Under the pieces are notes generated by a model that did no database searches, was not told the DNA's origin, and worked only from the letters and a program-made list of their open reading frames with translations. Positions 1 to 10,200 of a stretch of 64,000 nt of DNA are shown here, piece after piece. Numbering within the stretch: position 1 is the stretch's first letter; each line of letters begins with the position of its first letter. Origin of the DNA: a bacterium (GTDB lineage: Bacteria; Electryoneota; Electryoneia; Electryoneales; Electryoneaceae); contig OY769902.1 in assembly GCA_963669175.1 (NCBI GenBank), positions 512,001 to 576,000 on the forward strand, read 5' to 3'. The position numbers were made by a program, and so were the translations under genes.

Positions 1-2
1 AT

Positions 3-443
3 CAAACGCACCTGACCAACCTGCACCAGGTAGAACGCTTGCGTGGTTGGCTGGAAGAAAACCTGGAACCGGGCTCACCCGTGGCGATTCTCGGTCTGGC
101 CTATCGTCCGGACACTCCTCTTGTGGAAGAATCCCAAGCGCTTCAGCTCGCGGTTTCCCTCGCGGAAAAGGGCCATGAGGTTCATGTTCATGACCCGGTA
201 GCGCTGGAAAATGCGCGCAAAGAAGTTGGCGACAAATTGTTATATCACAGCTCGGTGGAAGACGCGGTTACAGGTGTGGACGCGGTGATGGTGACCATGA
301 TGGACCCGCAATATCGGGATCTGGACTGGGATACCCTGGGCGAAAAAATGGCGTCCGGCGCGCACTTGTTCGACCTGTGGCGGCTCTATTTCGATCACCA
401 ACCCGACAAGATCAACTACCACGCACTGGGAGTAGGGGTCTGA
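3..443 (+). CDS. UDP-glucose/GDP-mannose dehydrogenase family protein, C-terminal part (5' truncated by window)
   Basis: Frame open from position 3; ILGLAYRPDT..ES and VHDP motifs typical of the C-terminal nucleotide-binding domain. Confidence 0.85.
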   Translation, partial: QTHLTNLHQVERLRGWLEENLEPGSPVAILGLAYRPDTPLVEESQALQLAVSLAEKGHEVHVHDPVALENARKEVGDKLLYHSSVEDAVTGVDAVMVTMMDPQYRDLDWDTLGEKMASGAHLFDLWRLYFDHQPDKINYHALGVGV

Positions 444-459
444 CTGGAAGAACAGACGC

Positions 460-651
460 TTAACAGGATGATAGGATAGAAGGATATCAAGGATAACTGA
501 TTAAAAAATTTACAAGATGAATAAGATAGTAAGGACAATACTGTAAAATACTGTCAAACACCTTTTATACACGGTATTACATAAAATTCTTATCCTTTAG
601 TTATCCTATTATCCTAATATCCTGTTAAGATTTTTGCTTTGCGTGAAACAT
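460..651. repeat. Family A AGGAT/ATCCT repeat pair forming an inverted structure around an AT-rich core, followed by a partial family B repeat
   Basis: ttaacaggatgataggatagaaggatatcaaggataa at 460 and ttatcctattatcctaatatcctgttaa ending at 628; ctttgcgtgaaa follows. Confidence 0.9.
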
Positions 652-668
652 TTTTGAGGACAAAATAC

Positions 669-1601
669 ATGAGAGTATTCCTGACAGGCGGAAGCGGGTT
701 CTTCGGACGGGCGTTGTTGAAGCAATTCATCGACGGTGGTCATGAGGTCGCCGCGCCCCGTTCCAAAGAAGTGAACCTGCTGGACACAGCCCAGGTGGAC
801 GCCTCGGTGAAAGCGTTTGAGCCTGACTTGGTGGTTCACTCGGCCGCGTATTACGGCGGTATTGGCATCAACCAGGAAGAGCCGCACAACCTGTTTCACT
901 ACAACACGCTGATGATCGCCAATATCCTGCACGCTACGGGCGAGGCCGGGGTCAAGCGTTTCCAGGGCATCGGCAGCGCCTGCGCCTATCCCGCAAAGGT
1001 GGACGGCGACTTGCGTGAGGATGAATTCTGGGAAGGCGAATTGCATCCCAGCGTGGTAGGTTACGGCTTCTCCAAGAAACTGCTTCAGGTCGGAATGATC
1101 GCTCATGGCCGCAAGTTCGGGTTTACCTGGCAACTACCCACACTGACCAACCTGTATGGCGAGCATGATGTCTTCACCGAATACCGCAGTCATGTGGTTT
1201 CCGCGCTGATCAAGCGTTATGCCGACGCCACCCTGGAAGGTGCGCCCTACCTGATGAACTGGGGCACCGGCAGCCCGATCCGTGAATTCATGTATGTCCA
1301 TGACGCGGCAGCGGCATGCTACCGTCTGGCCATGACTGATGCGGAAGGTGTGGTCAACATCGGCACCGGGATCGGCACCACGATCAAGGAACTGGCGGAA
1401 TTGACCGCGGAACTGACCGGCTTCAAGGGCGAGGTTCGCTGGGATCCGACCAAGCCGGACGGTGTCGCTCGAAAAGTGTTGGATGTGACCAAAATGAAAA
1501 AGGTTCTCGACTGGGAACCGGAATATGATCTGCATTCCGGCCTGAAACGTACCATCGACTGGTACATGGCCAACAAAGAAGAAGCAGACGCCCGGAAGTA
1601 G
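669..1601 (+). CDS. GDP-L-fucose synthase-like NAD-dependent epimerase/reductase
   Basis: MRVFLTGGSGFFG Rossmann motif, GSACAYP, YGFSK, NLYG, WGTGSPIREF, KPDG; gagga SD before ATG 669. Confidence 0.85.
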   Translation: MRVFLTGGSGFFGRALLKQFIDGGHEVAAPRSKEVNLLDTAQVDASVKAFEPDLVVHSAAYYGGIGINQEEPHNLFHYNTLMIANILHATGEAGVKRFQGIGSACAYPAKVDGDLREDEFWEGELHPSVVGYGFSKKLLQVGMIAHGRKFGFTWQLPTLTNLYGEHDVFTEYRSHVVSALIKRYADATLEGAPYLMNWGTGSPIREFMYVHDAAAACYRLAMTDAEGVVNIGTGIGTTIKELAELTAELTGFKGEVRWDPTKPDGVARKVLDVTKMKKVLDWEPEYDLHSGLKRTIDWYMANKEEADARK

Positions 1602-1614
1602 AAAGAGGATTTTC

Positions 1615-2469
1615 ATGGCAGCAACTGTACAAGCACCGTTTGCGCATGTGCCGCTGAAGAAGGTGGAAAACTACTGGAATGCGCGCCCCTGTAACATACG
1701 GCATACGACTGTTCAAGTCGGCACGAAGGAGTTTTACGACCAGGTGGAACAGCGCAAATACATGGTGGAGCCCCATATCCCCGTGTTCGCCAACTTTCCC
1801 CTCTGGAACGGCAAACATGTACTCGAGATCGGCTGTGGCATCGGCACTGACACCATGAACTTCGCCCGTGCCGGAGCAACTGTGACGGCGGTGGACCTTT
1901 CCACTGAATCGCTGAAACTGGCGAAACAACGCGCTGAACTTTACGGCCTTTCGGATAAGATCACCTTCTACCACGCCAACGCGGAAAACCTGTCCGAAGT
2001 GGTTCCGGTAGAAGCCTATGATCTCATCTACAGCTTCGGCGTAATTCATCATACACCTCACCCGGAAAACGCTGTCCGTGAAATTTTGAAGTTTACCAAA
2101 CCTTCCACTCGCCTGAAGCTCATGGTGTACAATCGTTATTCCTGGAAGGTGCTCTGGATTCTGATGAAGTACGGCAAGCTGCAATTCAACAAGGTGGACA
2201 AGTGGATCGCACGCCACAGCGAAGCCCAGACCGGCTGCCCGGTGACGTACAGCTATACCTGTAACACGGTAAAGCACCTGCTGGAAGGTTTCCGCACAAC
2301 CCGGATTCGCGCGGACCACATTTTCCCGTACAAGATTCCCGAATACAAACGATACCAGTATGTGAAAGTCTGGTATTTCCGTTGGATGCCGAAAAAACTC
2401 TTCAGACGGCTTGAACAGGCATTTGGGTGGCACTTGCTGGTCGATGCCGTACCGGAGGAGAACCGTTGA
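1615..2469 (+). CDS. Class I SAM-dependent methyltransferase
   Basis: VLEIGCGIG motif I, YDLIYSFGVIHH. Confidence 0.85.
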   Translation: MAATVQAPFAHVPLKKVENYWNARPCNIRHTTVQVGTKEFYDQVEQRKYMVEPHIPVFANFPLWNGKHVLEIGCGIGTDTMNFARAGATVTAVDLSTESLKLAKQRAELYGLSDKITFYHANAENLSEVVPVEAYDLIYSFGVIHHTPHPENAVREILKFTKPSTRLKLMVYNRYSWKVLWILMKYGKLQFNKVDKWIARHSEAQTGCPVTYSYTCNTVKHLLEGFRTTRIRADHIFPYKIPEYKRYQYVKVWYFRWMPKKLFRRLEQAFGWHLLVDAVPEENR

Positions 2470-3533
2470 TAAACAACACAACAAACACCGCCCGAAAACA
2501 GCCGACCCTTAGCCTTGTGGCAATGGGCCGTAATGATGACCACGGCGGGTACATGTATGAACGGACCAACGCTTTCCTGGATACATGGCGACTGCTGGCG
2601 GCTGAGGAAGGGCTGACGATGGAAATCGTGCTGGTGGAATGGAATCCCCCGGCCGACCGTCCCCCGTTGGCCGATGTGGTCCTGTGGGAGAAGACGCCCG
2701 GTGTGGAACTGAGGATCATTACCGTCCCCCGTGAACTGCACCAGTCGCTTCCCAACAACGAAAAAATCCCGTTGTATCAGATGATCGGGAAGAATGTGGG
2801 CGCACGACGCGCCTACGGCAACTGGATCCTGTTTTCCAACCTGGACATCATGCCGAATCGCCCCATGATCCGGCTGCTTAAATATGCCAGGCTGGACCCG
2901 CAAGCGTTTTACCGTGCCGCTCGCTGGGATTGCGGAGAACGTGTCATCCCGATGGAATTGAGCGCCGATGACCGCATCCGGTTCTGCGAACAGCACCAGA
3001 TCCGTGTGAATTTTGAGACCAAAACGATTCACAAGGGCGAGTTCCGTGAAACCTTCACTGATCCAACCGCCCTGCAGAATCCCGCAGAAATCGAGGACAT
3101 GCTCAAGCGTGGCGAAGGCAAGACGCTGTATTCCAACGCTTGCGGTGATTTCACCCTGATCCATCGTGACATGGTATTCGATCTGCGTGGCTATCCCGAG
3201 ATTCCCTACTGGTCCATTTTCATCGATGGCCTGATGCTTCACGCCGCGCTTGGTGCAGGCGGCAGGCAGGTGGTGATCGGTGATCCCGCACGGGTGTTCC
3301 ATATCGAACACGGTGCGGGCTGGTCGGTGGACAAGAATGTGTACGACAAGGAACTGTCTTTGACCTATAAAGGCATGTACCGTCCCTGGGCGAACCTGCT
3401 GAAAGAGGGCAAAGCGCCGCAGGTAAACCCGTTGGACTGGGGATACGCCAACTTGAACCTGCCGGAAGTGCTGGTTGAAAAGGCTGGCAAGGCGGTTGAT
3501 GTGAACGCAAACGCTGTAAAGGAGATGGCATGA
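2466..3533 (+). CDS. Glycosyltransferase-like (GT-A/GT2-like) protein
   Basis: GRNDD, IVLVEWNPP, KNVGARRA, FSNLD, ACGDFTL; TTG start overlaps upstream stop. Confidence 0.6.
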   Translation: MINNTTNTARKQPTLSLVAMGRNDDHGGYMYERTNAFLDTWRLLAAEEGLTMEIVLVEWNPPADRPPLADVVLWEKTPGVELRIITVPRELHQSLPNNEKIPLYQMIGKNVGARRAYGNWILFSNLDIMPNRPMIRLLKYARLDPQAFYRAARWDCGERVIPMELSADDRIRFCEQHQIRVNFETKTIHKGEFRETFTDPTALQNPAEIEDMLKRGEGKTLYSNACGDFTLIHRDMVFDLRGYPEIPYWSIFIDGLMLHAALGAGGRQVVIGDPARVFHIEHGAGWSVDKNVYDKELSLTYKGMYRPWANLLKEGKAPQVNPLDWGYANLNLPEVLVEKAGKAVDVNANAVKEMA

Positions 3534-4210
3534 GTTTACCCGCTGCTCCTGTGGTTGAACCGTTAAAGCTGGACCTTTCCGGGGACCGTGCGATTGAATG
3601 GTCCTGGATGGCGGCGAACATGCCGGACGGTCCCGGTTACGCGCTGGACTTCGGTCCCGGCGGTAGCCAGCTCTCAACCATCGCAGCCATGAAAGGCTAC
3701 GAGGTCACCGGGGTGGACATGCTCGAGGTTACTCGTCCTTTCATCCTGCCCAACTTGCGCTTCCTGCGTGGTGATCTGCTGTCCCTGCAACTGCAGCCGG
3801 GATCTTTTGACCTGGTGATGAACTGCTCCACGGTCGAACACTCCGGCATCACCGGACGTTACGAAATCACACAGGAAGACGAGGACGCCGACTTGAAAGC
3901 CATGCAGCACTTGCGTTCCCTGATGAAACCGACGGCAACACACCTGATTACCATTCCGGTCGGACAGGACGCTGTCTGGCGTCCCCTGCACCGGATTTAC
4001 GGGTTGGAACGTCTGCCGAAATTGCTGGCCGGGTATCGAGTTGCGCTGGCGGGCGCCTGGGTGAAAGACCGGTACAACCGTTGGGAAAAGAGTGATCTGG
4101 AAGTAGCGTTGAAGCGTCCGACAGCGCCGCAGGTTTACGGCCTGGGCACCTTCGCCCTGCAACGTGACGATCATCCAGCCCCGGCAAAGGAGGTGAAGCT
4201 GCCATGGTAA
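3530..4210 (+). CDS. SAM-dependent methyltransferase (DUF268-like)
   Basis: LDFGPGG, FDLVMNCSTVEHSG, ITIPVG, HRIYG. Confidence 0.7.
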   Translation: MSLPAAPVVEPLKLDLSGDRAIEWSWMAANMPDGPGYALDFGPGGSQLSTIAAMKGYEVTGVDMLEVTRPFILPNLRFLRGDLLSLQLQPGSFDLVMNCSTVEHSGITGRYEITQEDEDADLKAMQHLRSLMKPTATHLITIPVGQDAVWRPLHRIYGLERLPKLLAGYRVALAGAWVKDRYNRWEKSDLEVALKRPTAPQVYGLGTFALQRDDHPAPAKEVKLPW

Positions 4211-5550
4211 CTCTCTTCGCTTTGCCGAAACCGTTTGAAGGTCATAACGGCGTCATCCAGCGCAATGCCCTGCAAAGCTGGACAAGGATGATGGGCAATC
4301 CCCAGCTCATCCTGCTGGGTGATGATGCCGGAGTACCCGAAACCGCTGCCGAGCTTGGTTTGGAATACGGCGGCCCGCTGGAACGGACTGAATTCGGCAC
4401 CCCAAGGCTGGATCATCTTTTCAACCGTGGTCAGGAACTGGCGCGTCATGACCTGGTCGTGTATTGCAACGCTGACATCATACTCGCGCCGGATTTCCCC
4501 CTGCATTTTAAGCAGATCGGCGATCATTTCGAGAACTTCCTGATGATCGGCCAGCGCTGGGATCTGGACATCACCGAGCCGATTGATTTTAACGATCCCG
4601 ACTGGATGATGCAGCAGAAAGCGCGGATCATGCGTGAAGGCTGTCTGCATCGTCATTCCGGGGTGGACTATTTCGCGTTCCGCAAGGGCTTGTACCCGAC
4701 GATTCCACCGATGGCGGTGGGACGTGTTGCCTGGGACAACTGGCTGGTGATGGAAGCAGGACGTCAGAACGCGGCGGTTGTGGATGCCTCTGACGCCATC
4801 TTCGCCATTCACCAGAACCATGACTACGCCCACGGCGGCGGCTACCAGGCGGTCTGGAAAGGCAATGACGCTCAACGGAACCTGAAGCTCGCAGGCATGA
4901 AAAACGGTCTGGCCGGATGGATTCAGAACGCCGCGACATGGCGACTTTTACCCGGAAAGCTGGTTCCGGCGGCGAAAACACCCCCGGTCGATGATATCGC
5001 CCGTGCGTCCGCAGAATGGCCGACTTATCTCAAGCAGGCCACCACGCTGATTGAACAGGGCAAGGCACAACAGGTTCTGGCGCTGCTTACTCCACTCCAG
5101 AACGCCTTCGGGCATATCGAAGAGTATCACTACATCCGTGCCATTGCGCTTGCTCACGGGCAAAAGATCAAGGAAGCGGTTGATGCCTGTAATGCAGCGC
5201 TACGGATCAACCCAGGTTCCAAGCCGATCAAAGACCTGATGAGCCAACTCGGTGTTCAACCTTCGACCACCTGGTCCCAGGCCGGACCTTCGGCGCAAGT
5301 TGCTCCGGCACAAACGCAGGTAACGGCGGCGGTAGCTCCGGCTCCGGCTGCAGTGACACCTGCTCCGGCCGCAGCGCCCAAACCTGTGCCCAAAGCAAAA
5401 CCGCGCAGGGAAATTGAAGCGGATATCGATCGCGCCATGCGCCGCATTCCCGAAGATGTGGACAGTGGCCTGCGTGATCTGCAACAGGCATTTGAAGCGA
5501 TGTACGACCATATACACGAGGTTGGCGGTTCACCACGTTCGGTGCGATAA
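4204..5550 (+). CDS. Glycosyltransferase-like N-terminal domain fused to TPR and Ala/Pro-rich linker
   Basis: IQRNALQSW, YCNADII, DYFAF, WDNWL, HQNHDY; helical TPR-like segment; APAPAAVTPAPAAAPKP tract. Confidence 0.6.
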   Translation: MVTLFALPKPFEGHNGVIQRNALQSWTRMMGNPQLILLGDDAGVPETAAELGLEYGGPLERTEFGTPRLDHLFNRGQELARHDLVVYCNADIILAPDFPLHFKQIGDHFENFLMIGQRWDLDITEPIDFNDPDWMMQQKARIMREGCLHRHSGVDYFAFRKGLYPTIPPMAVGRVAWDNWLVMEAGRQNAAVVDASDAIFAIHQNHDYAHGGGYQAVWKGNDAQRNLKLAGMKNGLAGWIQNAATWRLLPGKLVPAAKTPPVDDIARASAEWPTYLKQATTLIEQGKAQQVLALLTPLQNAFGHIEEYHYIRAIALAHGQKIKEAVDACNAALRINPGSKPIKDLMSQLGVQPSTTWSQAGPSAQVAPAQTQVTAAVAPAPAAVTPAPAAAPKPVPKAKPRREIEADIDRAMRRIPEDVDSGLRDLQQAFEAMYDHIHEVGGSPRSVR

Positions 5551-5556
5551 GAAGTC

Positions 5557-5736
5557 TTGTCAGGTCTGACCAATTGTTTTGTCAGGTCATGCGCATGCGG
5601 TTTTTGTTTGTGGCAATTCTGCAACCCGAATTAAACGGTTGGTTTGAAGCGGGATGCGTGTCGGGTCACAATCCGCTTCGCGTATCAAGACCCGGCACAA
5701 CGCCGTAGCATGTTTTGTCAGGTCTTGCGCATGCGG
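5557..5736. repeat. Family C gtcaggtc/gacctgac palindromic repeats
   Basis: ttttgtcaggtc(a/t)tgcgcatgcgg twice plus gtcgggtcac..caagacccggc hairpin; same core as 18452, 25079, 25320 and the 322-bp element. Confidence 0.8.
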
Positions 5737-5741
5737 TACGC

Positions 5742-6073
5742 TAGAATCCCGAAGGGATTCCCTATTTTAGCATAGTGTACAGGCCGTCAGTTTGGCCTGC
5801 ACACTATGTCAGAAATTTTAACTAATAAACAACCCTGTAAGGGTTGCATAATAATCGATTAAAACTTGTTCATTAAATAAGTTAGAACGTATTTGATATT
5901 TATAGACATCAATTGACCGTAAATGATGCTTTATGCAACCCACTTCGGGGTTGAAACGGTTTTGTTTCTCTACCCAGGGTGCGCGCTAAAAAGACAGCGC
6001 GTACCCTGGGCTAAAATAGCATACTCCTTCGGAGTATAGCTTTGTCAGCAGTCTGCATACTCCTTCGGAGTAT
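5742..6073. repeat. Family E REPIN-like multi-palindrome element (copy 1)
   Basis: aatcccgaagggattc, caaccc..gggttg pair, tactccttcggagta; homologous to 54218-54521. Confidence 0.85.
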
Positions 6074-6274
6074 ATGATCTGGGCAAAATTTTACCACCGC
6101 CAAAGGGTGGACAGACAAAGATGTGTGTAAGAGTCAGGGGCTATTATCAGCCAACCACTACCGTGGTTACTGGAAATATCAACAGATACAACACACGAAG
6201 AGAATTTGCTTTAAATATCTGGGTTGGTTTGTAAGGCTGACCGGACTTGTTGAAGAAGTAGAAAGGAACAGATC

Positions 6275-7216
6275 ATGGAACGTATTCTCGTTACAGGCGG
6301 CGCCGGTTATAAGGGGTCCGTACTGGTGCCCATGCTGCTGGAACGCGGCTACCATGTCACCATTTACGACAACTTCATGTTCAGCCCGCAGCCGATCTTG
6401 CATTTCATCAAGCACCCCAATCTCGAGGTTGTGGAAGGTGATGTACGTAACGCAACCAAGCTGGCCGAAACGGTGCGTCGTGCTGATACGGTCATTCACC
6501 TGGCCGGTATTGTCGGCTTCCCGGCCTGTGCGGCCGATCCGGATCGCGCCAACACGGTCAATGTAAACGGCTCGCTGAACCTCGCGATGGCGATGAGTAA
6601 GCTGCAAAGGCTGATGTTCGCCTCAACCGGGTCTACGTATGGCGTGGTGGACGGTATCTGCACCGAAGATTCGCCGACCAATCCGTTGAGCCTATACGGA
6701 CGCAACAAGCTGGATGCCGAACGCATCTTCAAGGACCGCCTTGAGAATGTACTGATCTTCCGTTTTGCGACTGTATTCGGTATCGCCCCTCGTTTGCGTG
6801 TGGACTTGCTGGTGAACGACTTCGTCCACCAGGCCATCCACAACAAGCAGATCGTGATGTATGAAGGGCACCACCGTCGCACCTTCATCCATATCAACGA
6901 CTGTGCGAATGTCTACCCCTTCGCGCTGGATCACTGGGCCGAGATGACCACCAACGGCGGCATTTTCAATGTCGGCGATGAACGTGGCAACTACACCAAG
7001 CATGATATCGCGCTGATGATCCGTGAACGTATCCCCTTCTATCTGCACGAGGCAGACGTGGGTTCAGATGCGGACGCACGCGATTATACAGTCAGCTACG
7101 AACGTATCCGTGGTCTGGGCTACGAACGCACCATCACGGTTGAAGACGGTATCGAAGAGCTGGCAAAAGTGATGCCGCATGTCCGGTTCAACAACCCGTG
7201 GCGTAATCACGGATAA
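6275..7216 (+). CDS. NAD-dependent epimerase/dehydratase
   Basis: ILVTGGAGYKGS, HLAGIVG, YGRNK, RFATVFG. Confidence 0.9.
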   Translation: MERILVTGGAGYKGSVLVPMLLERGYHVTIYDNFMFSPQPILHFIKHPNLEVVEGDVRNATKLAETVRRADTVIHLAGIVGFPACAADPDRANTVNVNGSLNLAMAMSKLQRLMFASTGSTYGVVDGICTEDSPTNPLSLYGRNKLDAERIFKDRLENVLIFRFATVFGIAPRLRVDLLVNDFVHQAIHNKQIVMYEGHHRRTFIHINDCANVYPFALDHWAEMTTNGGIFNVGDERGNYTKHDIALMIRERIPFYLHEADVGSDADARDYTVSYERIRGLGYERTITVEDGIEELAKVMPHVRFNNPWRNHG

Positions 7217-7225
7217 GGCTTGATC

Positions 7226-10200
7226 ATGAACGAATCTGCCGTACAGATTGGCACCGACCGTCCCATCTTTGTCGGTGGGACCGGACGTTGCGGAACGTCT
7301 TTGCTGGTGCAATCCCTGGGAAAACATCCCGACCTGTTGATGTTCGAGGAGAGCCGCTATTTCGACAAGGAAGGCGCGATTATTCGAGCGCTGATGGGTC
7401 ATCCGATGGATGATGTCCTGCTGCGTGATCTTTTCGGCCATCGTCGCAAAATGCTGATCCGTTCCCTGGTTCGGCTGCCTGTGGATGGTGTGCTCGATGA
7501 GGTGGATTCGTTCTTTACCGAAGAAATCCTGGAACGTGAAGTTCAGGATGCGTTTGCCGGGACCGGCAACGCGGTGGAAGCGTTGCGTGTTCTGACTGAC
7601 AGGCTGTTCATGCGGCCCACGCGAGCCGTCGGAGCCAGCCGTTGGGTGGAGAAAACACCGCATACAGTCGAGCAGGTTCATCACCTGCACTCCCTGTTCC
7701 CGGATTTGCTGTACCTGCACACGATTCGTAATCCTCTGGACGTAGCTTCGTCCGTGTTCAAACGTCCCTGGGGACCAAAAAACGCGGAAGAGTTCGTCAC
7801 CTATTACAACGGCATCATGCACCGTGCCGAACAGGCGCATACCCTTCTGACACAAGCGGCGGGCAATGACGACCACTATTGTGTGGTGGAATTTGAAGAA
7901 TACTGTTCCCGTCCGGAAGAGACGCTTGCCGGAATGATCCGTTTCCTCCAGTTGCGTGTGGATGACGCCATCATGGAAACAATGGCCGGAACGGTGAACA
8001 AGGACCATATCCATTCCGGTTCGTGGAAGAAAGACCTTTCCGAAGCGGATGCCGAACTGATCCGTGCGCAATGTTTCCCGGTTCACCAGAAATGGCAGGA
8101 AAGAGCGCGCAGTGATGCGGCTCGTTGGGCAAGATCAAATGGCAACCATCAATCTGTTGATACATCACCATCTGTACCCGGAGTACCCATGCAAGATGAC
8201 CAGCCACAGGGCAAATACATCGCAGTGCTGACACCGCACCGTTTCGATCCCAGCTCGGCAATTCAAACCTTGTCGAAAGCAGGTGAAGCAGTGTTGTCAG
8301 TGCATGATATCAAGGCCGACAAGTTACGGATGGATCGTTACAGCCTGACCACGGTTGAGCTGGAACAGGGAATCGGTCAGCATCATCTCCCCTATCTTGA
8401 ATTCCTGGATGCGGAGCTGAACCGTCACCAGGCAGTTGTGGACTGGGACGGTTGGGCCCCCGACCTGATCCCCGGCCTGCATCGAGCCTTCCCGGTCGAT
8501 AGCTGTGTTTACCTGGTCAACAACGGCATCAACGAAGTGAATACTGTTTCGGAGATGTTATCTGCTGGAAACGATACCGCCCACACAATGGATTTGCTGT
8601 ATCGTGCCCGCTGGCGGTTGGCTGGGAATGATCCCGCACAATGGCGCAACCTTGGCAACTTCGAAAAAGCCTGTTTCGCCTGGGGCTGGTACGCCGGGAA
8701 GAAGCTGGAACTGACTGCGGCGCTTGGCGCGGATCGTGTCCATGCGATGACTCTGGAATCGTTGAATAACCAGGAAGAAGCCGCACGTTTCCTGTCCACG
8801 CTGACACCGGACACCCAGCTTCCTATCGACGGCTTCAAGGGATATGAGCCCGATGATGCAGTTGCAGCCTGGGCTTCATGGACCGATGACCAGAAAAACC
8901 TGTTCCGCCAGTGGTGTGGTCCGACCATGGAAACCTGGGGTTATGCCATCCCGAACGGGCAACATCCGGCACAGCAAGAGAGGGTTGAAGAAACAAAGAT
9001 CTCTGTGCAGCCGGAACCGGAACCTTTACCGGCACGCAAGGAAGTTATTCAGATCCTCGACGCCCTGAACCAACAGGTTCATGCCGGGCACTGGCAACCT
9101 GCCATGCAAATCACAAAGCAGCTCAGGCAAGTCGAATTGCTGGCCGGAGAATGGGAAGCGCTACGAAGCATCGCCGCGTCCCTGTTCCGTTTGCGTCCGG
9201 TCGGTCCGTACCCGTATTGGCGTTTCTGCCTGCCGGAAGTCCTGCCCGAACCGGCACAGATTACCATGCTGCGCAAAGAACTCTGGCAACTATTCCGTAA
9301 ACACCCGGAAGAAGCAAAATTCGTGGTAAACTGGTGGCATGACCTGAAGCTTAACCTCCAGTTGGCCGCTGATTCCGGACGTTGTTTCTACACCAGCGAG
9401 ACCCTTGAACCCAACGAGTTCGCTTTCCTGGACCGCGTGCTGCAACCGGGCATGATCCTGCTCGACATCGGCGGCAATGAAGGCTTGTTCAGCATGTTCG
9501 CCGCCCGCAAGGTTGGAACATCAGGCGCAGTCCATGCCTTCGAACCGAGCAGTCGTGAACAGCAGGCGTTCAAGGCCAACATGACGCTGAACAATCTGTC
9601 CCAGGTTCACTTGCATGAAGTCGCCCTCGGCGACACACCCGGAACCATCGAGCTGAACATCGCCGGGTTTGAACACATGGGCCATAATACGGTCGGCTCC
9701 AAGTTCTATTACGATAGTGTGAAAGCGGACCATGTGGAAGAAGTGCAGGTCATGCGCCTGGATGATGTGGTTCGTGAACAGGGTATCAAGCGCGTCGATA
9801 TGATAAAGATCGACGTTGAAGGCGCCGAGGTTATGGCCCTTCGTGGGGGACGTGAAACCATCGAGCGCTTCCACCCCCTGATCCTGAGCGAATACCAGAA
9901 CGGCTCCCTGCAACTGGCAGGCAGCAGTATACAGGAATATGTACAGCTCCTGGAAGAACTGGGATACGAACTCTACGAATTCGACGAAGAGACCGGACTG
10001 CCGGAGCGTTGCCCCAAAGCCCCGGAAAGAGACACCAACATTATCGCTGTCCCGCAAGGGAAATCACTGGAAGATTATTACCGTCGCCAGTCTGCACCAG
10101 AAGCACAGCCTGTACTGGTTCCCGTGGTGACAGAAGCCGACCCGGAAAAGGAAGCTGCAGAAGCGGTTTGGAACTTGCCCTATCAGCCACGCAAATACCT

